From: Minisyncoccota bacterium
Lineage (GTDB): Bacteria; Patescibacteriota; Minisyncoccia; UBA6257; 2-01-FULL-56-20
DNA: 64,000 nt
Reading direction: 5' to 3'
NCBI GenBank assembly: GCA_035541435.1
Contig: DATKNL010000012.1
Location: forward strand, 70,498 to 134,497
This document shows, in pieces, positions 18,328 through 29,542 of this stretch. The notes beneath the pieces were generated by a model. The model searched no databases. It saw only the letters and a program-made list of their open reading frames with translations, and was not told where the DNA came from. Position numbers and translations under genes: made by a program. Within the stretch, counting starts at the first letter, position 1; the number at the start of each line of letters is the position of its first letter.

Positions 18328-18762
18328 TTAAACCGCATAGAGCCCGTCGAAGTCGGCGAAATAGGCGCCAACCGGCACCTGGACCTCGCCCATGACGAAC
18401 TTCTTGGCCGCCTCAAGCTGGCTCTCGTAATGGGCGCTCTCGTCCTGCGGGTTCGCAAACGCCTGCGACCCACCGTAGGCGCCGCAGTCGCGGTGGACCA
18501 TGAGGATCACGCGCTTCGCCTTGTGCATGTCGATCGAGGCCCTGATCTGGGCGAGGACGAAGTCGCGCTCCGGCGAACCGCCGCCGGCGAGCGCCTTCGC
18601 GCCGCCCGCGACCTTCACGAGGTCGATGTGGCTGACATGCTCATGCTTGCCGAACGCCTTGAGCAGCCGGTAGAAGCGGTCGTCGAAGCACCAGACGACG
18701 CAGGCATCGGCCTCATAGTGGGCCTGATCCGTCGCGAACGGCAATACGAGTCGTACGGGCAT
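18328..18762 (-). CDS. Putative beta-type carbonic anhydrase
   Basis: 'WCFDDRF', 'AGG', 'HRDCGAYGG'; TGCTATACT-6nt-ATG start. Confidence 0.8.
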   Translation of the reverse strand: MPVRLVLPFATDQAHYEADACVVWCFDDRFYRLLKAFGKHEHVSHIDLVKVAGGAKALAGGGSPERDFVLAQIRASIDMHKAKRVILMVHRDCGAYGGSQAFANPQDESAHYESQLEAAKKFVMGEVQVPVGAYFADFDGLYAV

Positions 18763-18784
18763 GGGTTCAGTATAGCAAGTTCCG

Positions 18785-19042
18785 TTATGCGTCGGCGTGC
18801 CCTTCCTCCACAAGGAGCATCGCCTGGTCCTGAGAATTCACCTCGAGGAATCCCGACCGGACCGGGATCCAGTGTTCGCGGCCGGCGCCGTCCGTGATCT
18901 TCACCGTCCCCTTCGCCAGGATCGAGATGATCGGCCGGTGATGGCTGAGGATCGTGATCTCCCCCGCCTGGGTGTTGCAGTTCACCGCGACGGCGTCGCC
19001 CCGGAAGAGCACCTTCTCGATGGAATAGACGCTCACGGTCAT
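18785..19042 (-). CDS. atpC: ATP synthase F1 epsilon (N-terminal domain only)
   Basis: 'GEITILSHH.P.IS.L..G', 'GFLEV'; last gene of the atp operon. Confidence 0.9.
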   Translation of the reverse strand: MTVSVYSIEKVLFRGDAVAVNCNTQAGEITILSHHRPIISILAKGTVKITDGAGREHWIPVRSGFLEVNSQDQAMLLVEEGHADA

Positions 19043-19050
19043 CGCGGTTC

Positions 19051-20451
<1,401 letters not shown>

Positions 20452-20466
20452 TTAACGGCTTCTTGA

Positions 20467-21402
20467 CTATTGAAGCGCCTGCGCTCCCGACGCGATCTCG
20501 ATGAGCTGGCTCGTGATTGCCGCCTGTCGGGACTTATTATATTCGACGCCGAGGGTTTCGGAAAGCTCCGAGGCGTTGTCGGACGCGTTCTTCATGGCCA
20601 CGCGGCGGGCCGAATGCTCCGAGGCGTTCGCCTCGAGGATCATGTGATAGACGCGGATCTTGAGGAGCTTCGGCGCGAGTTCGGCGAGGACGGACGTCGG
20701 GTCGGGCTCGATGATGAAGTCGCGGTCGACGTTCCGCAGGAAGGCCTCGGCCTTGGCGAATTCGGAATAGCGCCCCGCGCGCGGGATCGTCTCTTCGATC
20801 GATTCCTTGACGTTGTCATAGGTCACCGGAAGGAACTCGCGCACGACCGCGTCCTGGCGGAGCGCCGTGACGAACGTCGTGAAGAACGCGAGGACATTGT
20901 CGAACTCGCCCCGCACGTAGCCGTCGATGAGGGTATCGGCGATCGGGTCGGCCTCGGTCTCGCGCACGACATCCCCCACGTGCGTGAAGGCCCGGACGAC
21001 GTTCAGGCCGCGGCGCTCGAGATAGGACCGCGCCTTCTGGCCGACGGCGATGAACGAATAGCGCGGATCGCGGGGGTCGATGCGGTTCTCGCGCACGTAC
21101 TGCTCGAACCGCCGGAGGACCGAGCTGTTGAACGAACCGGCAAGCCCCTTGTCGGAGGTCATGACGAGGAATGCGGTGCGGTGAACGGGCCGGGCGAGCA
21201 GGATCTCGGGGAGCTTCACGCCCTCGATGGCCGACAGCGTGCCGAGAAGCTCGAGCGCGGCATAGGAATACGGCCGCGACGTGAGCGCAAGCTCCTGGCT
21301 GCGCCGCATCTTGGTCGCGGCGACGAGCTCCATCGCCTTCGTGATCTGGCCGATGTTCTGCACGCTCCGCATCCGACGCTTGAGGCTCTGTCCTGATTCC
21401 AT
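20467..21402 (-). CDS. atpG: ATP synthase F1 gamma
   Basis: 'QITKAMELVAA.KM', 'SDKGLAGSFN', 'ASEHSARRVAMKNASDNA', 'RQAAIT'. Confidence 0.98.
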   Translation of the reverse strand: MESGQSLKRRMRSVQNIGQITKAMELVAATKMRRSQELALTSRPYSYAALELLGTLSAIEGVKLPEILLARPVHRTAFLVMTSDKGLAGSFNSSVLRRFEQYVRENRIDPRDPRYSFIAVGQKARSYLERRGLNVVRAFTHVGDVVRETEADPIADTLIDGYVRGEFDNVLAFFTTFVTALRQDAVVREFLPVTYDNVKESIEETIPRAGRYSEFAKAEAFLRNVDRDFIIEPDPTSVLAELAPKLLKIRVYHMILEANASEHSARRVAMKNASDNASELSETLGVEYNKSRQAAITSQLIEIASGAQALQ

Positions 21403-21421
21403 GCTTGTGGGTGATGAGTGG

Positions 21422-22966
21422 TTATTGGTCCATGCCCGGCCGCTCCGCGACGAAGCGCGACAGCGCCTCTTTCAGCGCGTTCTCGGTGCTTTCGGGGAAC
21501 TCGCCGGTCTCGCGGATCGGGCGCAGGACGTCGTTCTCGTGCAGCCGCTCGAGGTAGTCGACGAGCGACCGTTCGGCCTTCTTCACGTTCGCGGCGTCGA
21601 TCGACTCGAAATAGCCGTTCAGGACCGCATAGAAGACGCAGACCTGCATCTCGACCGGCATGGGCGCGAGGTCGTCCTGCTTGAGGATCTCGTTGATCTT
21701 CTGTCCCTGCGCGATGCGCTTCTTGGTCGATTCGTCGACGTCCGTCGCGAACTGCACGAACGCCTGAAGCTCGCGGAACTGCGCGTGGGCGAGCTTCAGC
21801 TTGCCGGCGACCTTCTTCATCGCCTTCGTCTGCGCCGACGAGCCGACGCGCGACACCGAGATGCCGACGTTCAGCGCCGGCCGCTGGCCCTGGTTGAAGA
21901 GGTCCGTCTCGAGGAAGATCTGGCCGTCGGTGATCGAGATGATGTTCGTCGGGATGTAGGCCGTCACGTCGCCCAGCTGGGTCTCGACGATCGGGAGCGC
22001 CGTGAGCGATCCGCCGCCCTTCTCGCGCGAGAGCTTGGCCGCGCGCTCGAGCAGGCGCGAGTGCAGATAGAAGACGTCGCCCGGATAGGCTTCGCGGCCC
22101 GGCGGGCGGCGGAGCAGGAGCGAAATCTGGCGATACGCCCATGCGTGCTTCGAAAGGTCGTCATAGACGATGAGCGCGTCCATCCCCTTGTCGCGGAAGT
22201 ATTCGCCGATCGCGCAGCCCGCGTAGGGCGCGAGGTACCACTGCGCGGCGGGCGACGACGCCGAGGCGGCGACGATGATGGAATATTTCAACGCGTCGTA
22301 CTTCCGCAGGGTTTCGGCGATCCTCACGATCTTCGACTCCTTCTGGCCGATCGCGACATAGATGCAGATCGGCGTGCGGCGGCCCTGGTCGTTCTTCTGG
22401 TTGAGGATCGCGTCGAGCGCGATGGCGGTCTTGCCGGTCGAACGGTCGCCGATGATGAGCTCGCGCTGGCCGCGGCCGATCGGGATCATCGCGTCGATCG
22501 CCTTGATGCCGGTATGCACCGGCGTGTTCACGGACTCGCGCTCGAGGACCGACGGCGCGCGCGCCTCGAGGTTGTTGCGCTGCGGCGCGCCGCCCTTCCT
22601 GAAGATCGGTCCCAGGCCGTCGAGCGGCTCGCCGAGGGGGCTCACCACGCGGCCGACAAGCTCGTCGCCGACCTCGATCGAAAGGACCTCGCCCGTGCGC
22701 TTCACGGTGTTGCCGACCTCGATCGCCAGGAAGTCGCCGAGGACGAGCGCGCCGATCGACTCCTCCTCGAGGTTGAGGGCGAGCGCGGTGCGCGGGCCTT
22801 TCGGCGTTTCAATGTTCAAAATTTCCTGGCTGACCGCGTTGCGCAGGCCGAGGATCCGGACGATCCCGTCGCCCACCTCGATGACGCGGCCGACTTCGGC
22901 CCATTCGGGTTTCTCCTTATATCCCTCTATTTCGCGCTTCAGTTTTTCGATGATGTCGTAGGACAT
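21422..22966 (-). CDS. atpA: ATP synthase F1 alpha
   Basis: 'GDRSTGKT', '[22 protein letters not shown]'. Confidence 0.99.
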   Translation of the reverse strand: MSYDIIEKLKREIEGYKEKPEWAEVGRVIEVGDGIVRILGLRNAVSQEILNIETPKGPRTALALNLEEESIGALVLGDFLAIEVGNTVKRTGEVLSIEVGDELVGRVVSPLGEPLDGLGPIFRKGGAPQRNNLEARAPSVLERESVNTPVHTGIKAIDAMIPIGRGQRELIIGDRSTGKTAIALDAILNQKNDQGRRTPICIYVAIGQKESKIVRIAETLRKYDALKYSIIVAASASSPAAQWYLAPYAGCAIGEYFRDKGMDALIVYDDLSKHAWAYRQISLLLRRPPGREAYPGDVFYLHSRLLERAAKLSREKGGGSLTALPIVETQLGDVTAYIPTNIISITDGQIFLETDLFNQGQRPALNVGISVSRVGSSAQTKAMKKVAGKLKLAHAQFRELQAFVQFATDVDESTKKRIAQGQKINEILKQDDLAPMPVEMQVCVFYAVLNGYFESIDAANVKKAERSLVDYLERLHENDVLRPIRETGEFPESTENALKEALSRFVAERPGMDQ

Positions 22967-22972
22967 GGGCCG

Positions 22973-23365
22973 TTAGTGTGTGTTGAATATGGTATCAAGC
23001 TTCCCCTTGAGCGATGCATCGAACTGCAGCTCGTCATTCACCGTGATGCGGACGCCGGCGATGAGCTGCGGGTCCGTGATCCGCTCGACGACATCGGTCG
23101 GCGTGAGGAACCGTGCGAGCTCCTTTTCCTGCGCAGGCGTCAGCCGCCGCGCCGCCGCAACCGTCACCTTGCGGACGCCGCTCGCGCCGCGCGCGAGCCG
23201 GGCCGCATGCTCGACGATGTTCGTGAGGTGCGCCTCGTCGCCGTTCCTGCGCACCAGCGCGAGGAAGTTCTTCGCGATCCGCGACGACTGCTCGGGGGTG
23301 AGCTTCGGCGAATCGGCGATCACTTCGGCGAGCGCCTTCGCGTAGATGTGGGCGGAGTATCTCAT
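22973..23365 (-). CDS. atpH: ATP synthase delta (short)
   Basis: 'YAKAL', 'DP.LIAGV.I.V.DE..D.S.KGKL'; operon position. Confidence 0.88.
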   Translation of the reverse strand: MRYSAHIYAKALAEVIADSPKLTPEQSSRIAKNFLALVRRNGDEAHLTNIVEHAARLARGASGVRKVTVAAARRLTPAQEKELARFLTPTDVVERITDPQLIAGVRITVNDELQFDASLKGKLDTIFNTH

Positions 23366-23868
23366 GGCTGTGATGCGCCCGCCTCCTTGACCGCGCGCGC
23401 GATCAGGGCGTCGTCGATGTCCTTCGGCGCAAGCTCAACCGTCTTCGCGATCGCCCGGCGGATCATGGCGACCGCCTCCTGCTCCATGCCCTGACGCGAC
23501 TCCTCTTCGAGGGACTTGAGGCGCGCCTGGGCCGCCGCAAGCTCCTCGGCCTCCTTGCGCCGGGCTTCGGCGAGCATCCTCTCTTCGAGCTCCCTGGCCC
23601 GCGTCTCGGTCCGCTTGAGGATCGCGACCGCCTCGCCCTCCCCTTCGCGGATCTTCGCCATGCGTACCGCATCGGCCTCGACGAGGCGCCGGTCGGCCTC
23701 CGCGGCCTTCTCGAGCCCCGCTTCGATCCGTTCGCGGCGCTCGCGCATGAGGGCGAGCAGCGGCTTATAGGCGAACGCCCGGAGCGCGATGAGCAGCAGC
23801 GCGAAATTCACCGCCTGCGAGATGAGGAGGTGCCAGTCGATGCCGAGTTGGGAAATGAGTTCCTGCAT
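23362..23868 (-). CDS. atpF: ATP synthase Fo subunit b
   Basis: 'LGIDW..LISQAVNF..LL..L....YKP....M.ER..RI..GL'. Confidence 0.93.
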   Translation of the reverse strand: MQELISQLGIDWHLLISQAVNFALLLIALRAFAYKPLLALMRERRERIEAGLEKAAEADRRLVEADAVRMAKIREGEGEAVAILKRTETRARELEERMLAEARRKEAEELAAAQARLKSLEEESRQGMEQEAVAMIRRAIAKTVELAPKDIDDALIARAVKEAGASQP

Positions 23869-23909
23869 GCTGGGGTTTCGTGCGACTGCCGACGGACGGG
23901 ATGCGGGGC

Positions 23910-24140
23910 TTACGAGACGAACTTGATGATGAGCGCCATGACAAGCGCATAGATCGCGATGGCTTCGGCGAACGCGATGGCGAGAATCGCCATGGTCTGC
24001 ACTTTCGATGCGGCCTCGGGGTTGCGGCCGATCGCGTCGACCGCCTTCGAGCCGATGAGGCCGATGGCGAGCGCAGGCATGATGGTACCCATGCCGATCG
24101 CGGCTGCGGTTGCAAGCAAGCGGATGCTGGTGGTGTCCAT
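23910..24140 (-). CDS. atpE: ATP synthase Fo subunit c (likely H+-type)
   Basis: 'GRNPEA', 'FAEAIAIY'; lacks the Q...E-S/T Na+ signature; start ATG 24140. Confidence 0.96.
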   Translation of the reverse strand: MDTTSIRLLATAAAIGMGTIMPALAIGLIGSKAVDAIGRNPEAASKVQTMAILAIAFAEAIAIYALVMALIIKFVS

Positions 24141-24156
24141 GAAGGGTTGTCGTTGG

Positions 24157-24915
24157 TTAATGGGTTGCGACCTTTGCGTCGTGTCCTGCGTCATGAGGGG
24201 TGATGGCCATCGCCACGAAGACGAGCGTCAGCATGCCGAAGATGAAGGCCTGGATGAACCCCACGAAGATCTCGAGGAACATGAAGGGAAGCGGCACGAG
24301 GTAGGGCACGAGGAACGCCATGATGGCGAGCAGCACCTCGCCCGCGAACACATTCCCGAAAAGACGGAACGAGAACGAGATAATTCTAGCAAACTCGCCC
24401 ACGAGTTCAAGGATCCCGATGAAGAAGTCGATCGGCCCCGTGAAGTTGAGGAAGACCCCGAGGCGCCCGCGCAGGCCGACGGCCGCGGCGCCGACGACGT
24501 TCACGAAGGTCACGGCGATGAGCGCGAGCGCGAGGGTGAAGTTGAGGTCGCTCGCCGGCGAGCGCAGCAGGGGCACGGAACCGCTCCCCTCCCGGACCAC
24601 GATCGAGCTCACGCCGGGCAGGAGGCCCGACCAGTTCGAGATGAGCACGAAGAGGAAGATCGTGAAGACGAGGGGCAGGTACCGTTCCGACGTGCGCCGG
24701 TCGCCGAGGACCGAATCCATGAGCCCGAGCGCCCCCTCGAGGATCATCTCGAACAGGTTCTGCAGGGCCCCGGGAACGAGCTTGATGGTCTCGCGCAGGT
24801 GATAGGCCAGGCCGGCCAGAAAGAGCAGGACGAGCGTCGAAAGCAGGACCGCGTTCGTCACGGGCCATCCAGCGATCCGGAAAACCTGCTCGGCCTTCAG
24901 GGAAATTTCGAGCAT
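24157..24915 (-). CDS. atpB: ATP synthase Fo subunit a
   Basis: 'SFSFRLFGNVFAGE', 'IQAFIF..LT'; start ATG 24915. Confidence 0.96.
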   Translation of the reverse strand: MLEISLKAEQVFRIAGWPVTNAVLLSTLVLLFLAGLAYHLRETIKLVPGALQNLFEMILEGALGLMDSVLGDRRTSERYLPLVFTIFLFVLISNWSGLLPGVSSIVVREGSGSVPLLRSPASDLNFTLALALIAVTFVNVVGAAAVGLRGRLGVFLNFTGPIDFFIGILELVGEFARIISFSFRLFGNVFAGEVLLAIMAFLVPYLVPLPFMFLEIFVGFIQAFIFGMLTLVFVAMAITPHDAGHDAKVATH

Positions 24916-24963
24916 ACGGGGATAGTATAGCAGAACCTCCCGCAATTGTCAGCGTGCCGGGCT

Positions 24964-27900
24964 TCAGGGGTACTGATAGGCGCCCCGGTCCCAGGCGGAC
25001 GGACTGCGGACGCTTCCCCGCAGGTCGGTGTCGAAGGGCGCCGCGAGCGGCACCCCGTCATTCAGGTGCGGCAGGAGCGTGTCGCTCGTGAGCCTGAAAT
25101 CCTTCGCGGCGTCAGACACGAAGGGGTCGGCCGTCGACGACGGCTGATAGGAATCGTGCGGGCCGGCGAGCGCGGTCCCGCTGTGAATCCTGCCGATCAC
25201 CGTGTTGTAGTCCTCGAACGAACCGGCGCCCGCGGGCATGAAGACGTAGCGGCTGGTCGATCCGCCGTTCGGGAAATAGAACAGGTTGTTCTCGACGGTG
25301 CCGAACGAGCGCGGGCTCACGAGGACGATCCCGTCGTGAAGCGAGTTCATGTCCGCGAACGTATTGCCATAGAAGAAGCCGTTCGTCGTGTCGTTCGCGC
25401 CGTTGTCGTCGCCGATGTCGGCGCTCACGCCGCAGCGGGGACCGATGGCCGGATTGGGGCTCGCAAGCGCGGCCTGCGAGCAGAAGAAGACGTTGTTGAC
25501 CACATAAAGATGGTCCATCACGATGTCGCTCGTCTGGGCGCCGGTCGAGTTGATCACGGCGGTTCCGGTGATGTCCTCCCAGATGTCGTCGACGAAATAG
25601 GTCTGCGACGTCGCCTCGTTCGCGTTATAGCCGTTCTGATGGTTCGTCGCCGTGCTCCTCGTCTTCGCAAAGTAATTGCGGTCGAAATGGCAGTCGATGC
25701 AGCCGATGACGTTGATGCCTCCGGTGAAGTCGTGCATGTACGAGTCGTCGACATAGATGCTGTTCGCGAGCGACGACGCCCCATAGGCCGATCCATAGAT
25801 GCCGATCGGGCCGTTGCCGCCCCCGTTCAGCGTGACGTAGGTCTGCGGGGTCGTGACGAGGGTCTCGTCGGAACCCGCCTGGGCATAGCTCACCGTCGTC
25901 CCGTTCACGGACGTGAGCGTCACGCCGTAGCCCGAGGACCCGGTGTTGAAATCCGTCGTCGATGCGCTATAGAGGTCGATGCGGTCCCCCGCCACCCAGG
26001 CCGGCGCTCCGGCAAGCGTGAGCGTGACGACGCCCGCCGCACGGTGCCCCGCGACGACGACCTCGCCGTACTGCGACGAGACGCCGTCGTACTCGATGTG
26101 CTTCAGCGTCACATTCGTGATCGCGCCGCCGCCGCATCCCGAGCTGTAGCCCACGTCGACGAACGTCGTGTGGTTGATCGTGCGCAGGACGATGCCATAG
26201 GGCCCGTTCGTGCTCGGTGTCACGGCCGGCGTCACGCCGTCGATCAGATAGTTGCTGCCGCAGATCATGAAGAAGTTCGCCGCCGGCTTCTGCGGGTCGG
26301 CGTTGGCCGTCTGCGTGAAGACGGCCTGATTCGTCCCGTACGATCCCTGCCAGCCGGCCACGCGTTCGGGGCTGCCCGGGCCGCCTGCGACCGCCTTATA
26401 GATGCGGACCGGCTTGTCGGGCGTGCAGTTCGTGTTCCACGTATGTCCGCCGGTCGTATAGTCGAACGTCCCGCCGGCGACATAATAGGTGACGCCGCAG
26501 GTGAGCGCCTGCGGGAAGTCGGCATAGGCGTTGTTCCAATCGAGGCCGCGGCGCGTGCCGGTCCCGCCCGAAACGACATAGCAGCTGCCCTGCTTCTCGC
26601 ACGACTGGTTGACGGACGTGAAGGCGGCGACCGACATGTTCCAATAATCGGCGAATCCCGAAACCGCGGTCGCGGCATAGCTGCCGGCGGATCCCGCGAC
26701 CATGTCCTCGAAGAATCCCCGGTCATAGAGCGACGACGAGGTCGAGAGCCGCATCGTGAATCCGGTCCCCGGCGTGAACGTCCCCGAGCTCTTGCTCGCA
26801 TTGCCGCCGAAACCGAGGATGAGCTCGCCCGGACCGACGGTCACGACCGCGGGCGACGCGAGCGCCGTGATCTTCGAAGCGGGATTCGGGCTGGTCGATG
26901 CCGCGTCGAAGGGTTCGAGCTGGCTCAGTCCGGCGTATTCGGCGCAGATCAGCGCGCCGCGCGGGCTGTTGTCGGGCTGGACCTGGATGACGTCGGACGA
27001 TCCTGCGCCCGCGACCGCATACCACACCGTGACGTTGCCGAGGGCGGGCGACGTGCCGTTCCACACCTGTTTTTTCGTAAAGGCCGAACCGAGCGAATCG
27101 CTCACCGCCGGCACGTTGTTGTAACTCGATTCCTGGAACACGGCGATGATGAGGTCGCCCGCGTGCACCGGCTGATTGAGCGAGCATTGATAGGTGGAAC
27201 CGAAGACGCCCCATGACGCGTTGCCCTGCACGAACGAGATGCCGCCGGGCGTCGGGTTGGGTGTCGGGGTCGGGGTCGGGGTCGGCGTCGGACCCGATCC
27301 GGCGTTCCCAACGGTGACCGCGACCGTGCGCGACGTTGCCCGGTTGCCGGCCGCGTCGAAGGCGACCGCTTGCAGCGCATGCGATCCGTTCGCGGCGCCG
27401 GTCGTGTTCCACGAGAACGCATACGGCGGGACGGCGACCGCGCTGCCGAGGTTCGCTCCGTCGAGCACCCACTGCACCTGCGTCACACCGACGTTGTCGG
27501 ATGCCGCAGCCGCAAGGCTCACGACGCCCGAAAGCGAAGCTCCCTGGGCCGGTGCTGTGACCGAGATGATGGGAGGAATCGTGTCAGCCGGCGTTCCGCC
27601 GCCACCGCCCGATCCCCCGCCGGAATTCCCGCCGCCACCTCCGCCCGTCGAACCGCCGCCTGATCCGCCCCCGCCGCCTCCCGTCGAAGGCGTCGGCGTT
27701 CCGGACGGAGTCGGCGTCGGTATGGGCGTCGGGGTCGGCCCGGACGGCGCGGGCGCATCAAGGATCGCGATATCGGCGTTCATCGCTGCGAGCGTGCGCG
27801 GACCGACCGCGCCATAGCCGTTCGTGAGGGGCGCACCCGAGCAGACGATCCCGCGCGCGCACTGATAGCGCGCCACGGCAGCCTGCGTCGCGGCGTCATA

Positions 27901-28545
27901 GGCTCCGGTCGGATAGGTGTTCGGCAGATATCCCTCGTGAACAAGGAACGTCTGAATGCGCGCGACGTTCGTCGTGTCCGACGATCCCGGCCGGAGCGTT
28001 GCCGTCACATAGGCAAACGGCGTGCCCGGTCCGGGGGGCGGCGTTCCCTGCCCCGTTCCCGATCCCGATCCCGCCTGCAGCGCGGCGAGCTTGGCCTCGA
28101 GGGCGAGAAGCTGCGCTTCAAGGGACTGGATGAGCGCCAACAGGCTCGACGTCGATGCCGACGACGTTCCGCCGCCTGCCGGCGCGGCGGCGAGCTGGGC
28201 GTTGATCGATGCGCGCGTGCGCGGCCCGACCCATCCATAGCCGAGGCCGCCCGGGCAGACGATGCCGTTCGCGCACTGATAGCCGCCGACGGCCTGCATG
28301 GTCGCCGCGTCATAGGCGCCCGAAACGAACCCGCCCGCCGGCGCAAAGCCGTGGGCGGCAAGGAAGTCCTGCAACGTGGCGACCGATGCGTCGTCGGTGC
28401 TGCCGGGCGCAAGATTGGACGTCAGGCTCCCTGCGGCGCGGGCGCGAGGGGCGCCTGCGGTGAGCACGGCCGCCGTGAGCGCCGCAACGACGGCGCCTGC
28501 AGCGAACAGGCCGAGAATTATCGCAAGGGTAGGGCGATTTCGCAT
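24964..28545 (-). CDS. Large secreted surface protein: two peptidoglycan-binding-like domains, Ig-like (Big) domain, beta-helix-like C-terminus
   Basis: Signal peptide; two 'V..LQ.FL...G......G.YD.AT..AV..YQC..GIVC...GYG.VGP.T.A..N' units; PT/G linkers; 'DT.PP......P..GA..SG.V...A.ASDNVGV..V' Big domain; 'NN.F', 'DFRL', 'WDRGAYQ' tail. Confidence 0.85.
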   Translation of the reverse strand: MRNRPTLAIILGLFAAGAVVAALTAAVLTAGAPRARAAGSLTSNLAPGSTDDASVATLQDFLAAHGFAPAGGFVSGAYDAATMQAVGGYQCANGIVCPGGLGYGWVGPRTRASINAQLAAAPAGGGTSSASTSSLLALIQSLEAQLLALEAKLAALQAGSGSGTGQGTPPPGPGTPFAYVTATLRPGSSDTTNVARIQTFLVHEGYLPNTYPTGAYDAATQAAVARYQCARGIVCSGAPLTNGYGAVGPRTLAAMNADIAILDAPAPSGPTPTPIPTPTPSGTPTPSTGGGGGGSGGGSTGGGGGGNSGGGSGGGGGTPADTIPPIISVTAPAQGASLSGVVSLAAAASDNVGVTQVQWVLDGANLGSAVAVPPYAFSWNTTGAANGSHALQAVAFDAAGNRATSRTVAVTVGNAGSGPTPTPTPTPTPNPTPGGISFVQGNASWGVFGSTYQCSLNQPVHAGDLIIAVFQESSYNNVPAVSDSLGSAFTKKQVWNGTSPALGNVTVWYAVAGAGSSDVIQVQPDNSPRGALICAEYAGLSQLEPFDAASTSPNPASKITALASPAVVTVGPGELILGFGGNASKSSGTFTPGTGFTMRLSTSSSLYDRGFFEDMVAGSAGSYAATAVSGFADYWNMSVAAFTSVNQSCEKQGSCYVVSGGTGTRRGLDWNNAYADFPQALTCGVTYYVAGGTFDYTTGGHTWNTNCTPDKPVRIYKAVAGGPGSPERVAGWQGSYGTNQAVFTQTANADPQKPAANFFMICGSNYLIDGVTPAVTPSTNGPYGIVLRTINHTTFVDVGYSSGCGGGAITNVTLKHIEYDGVSSQYGEVVVAGHRAAGVVTLTLAGAPAWVAGDRIDLYSASTTDFNTGSSGYGVTLTSVNGTTVSYAQAGSDETLVTTPQTYVTLNGGGNGPIGIYGSAYGASSLANSIYVDDSYMHDFTGGINVIGCIDCHFDRNYFAKTRSTATNHQNGYNANEATSQTYFVDDIWEDITGTAVINSTGAQTSDIVMDHLYVVNNVFFCSQAALASPNPAIGPRCGVSADIGDDNGANDTTNGFFYGNTFADMNSLHDGIVLVSPRSFGTVENNLFYFPNGGSTSRYVFMPAGAGSFEDYNTVIGRIHSGTALAGPHDSYQPSSTADPFVSDAAKDFRLTSDTLLPHLNDGVPLAAPFDTDLRGSVRSPSAWDRGAYQYP

Positions 28546-28590
28546 CTCCGTCCCTCTATTATATCACCTTCCGTGCGCACGGGCCGCGCG

Positions 28591-29502
28591 CTACGGCGAA
28601 ACGCCGTCGAGGCAGACGTTGAACGCCTCGACCTCGTCGTTATATTGCGCGACTTCCTGCTTGAGCTGCGCGCCGAAGGCGTTGTACTGGGTGGCGAGCG
28701 CGTTATAGGCCGCGACTTTGTCGTTGTAGTCCTCGCCGTATTTCGGCTGCTCTGCGTTTATCGCCGCGTTCTGCTCCGCAAGCGTCGACGCCATCTGGTT
28801 GAGCTGCGCCTCGCCGTTGTCGATCGTCACCTTGAGCGCCGGGTCGGGTTCGGGACAGTCCGACGCCGGACGGCCGAACACCTGAACGGCGATCCATGTC
28901 GACTGGCCCTCATAGACGCCTTTGCGCACGGCGACGCCGATCTCGGTATACTGCCGGCTCAGGATGTTCTCGCGGTGACCCTCGCTCGCCATCCACGCGT
29001 TCACGACGTCCTGGTCACCCGCGAAGTTGCCGAGCGCGAGGTTCTCGCCAAGGGCGAGATAGGCGTAGTTCACGTCGCTCGCAACCGTAAGCGCGCTCTC
29101 GCCCGTCGGCGAAACGTGCGCGAAGTACTGCTTGGCGAACATGTCGTCGAGCCGCAGCAGCGCGACGTCGTCGAGGATCTGGTTCTCGGCGAGCGGCGGC
29201 AGCGGCGTCGACGTCGCGGTTGCGCGCTCGACGTTCGTGTCGTCGATCACGCCCTCGATGGTCAGCACGCCGGCGCCCGACGCGAATCCCTTCGTGCCGG
29301 TCGCCGCCAAAGGCGGTGGCGCCGCGAACTGCTTCTCGGCCTGGGTCACCGCGAACTGCCCGATCGAGTCGGACAGGATCGAGAACTCGTTGATCGACGT
29401 GTAATGGAAGAACAGCCACAGCCCGACGCCCGAGCCCGCGATCACGACGGCAAGCAGGATCAGTCGATTCCTTGCGCGCTGCCGGTAATGGTCCTCGTTC
29501 AT
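28591..29502 (-). CDS. CAP (SCP-like) domain protein with TM anchor and coiled-coil tail
   Basis: 'TN.ER', 'DM....YF.H.SP.G', 'GENLA', 'W..S.GHR.NIL...Y..IGV'. Confidence 0.9.
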   Translation of the reverse strand: MNEDHYRQRARNRLILLAVVIAGSGVGLWLFFHYTSINEFSILSDSIGQFAVTQAEKQFAAPPPLAATGTKGFASGAGVLTIEGVIDDTNVERATATSTPLPPLAENQILDDVALLRLDDMFAKQYFAHVSPTGESALTVASDVNYAYLALGENLALGNFAGDQDVVNAWMASEGHRENILSRQYTEIGVAVRKGVYEGQSTWIAVQVFGRPASDCPEPDPALKVTIDNGEAQLNQMASTLAEQNAAINAEQPKYGEDYNDKVAAYNALATQYNAFGAQLKQEVAQYNDEVEAFNVCLDGVSP

Positions 29503-29542
29503 GGGTCGTTTCGGGCGGTGCGGGGAGCGCGTCGGCGGACGG

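Noticed and set aside
27255-27740. Short tandem repeats (CCGACC/GGC runs)
   Set aside because: They encode Pro-Thr and Gly linkers within the surface protein; not an array.
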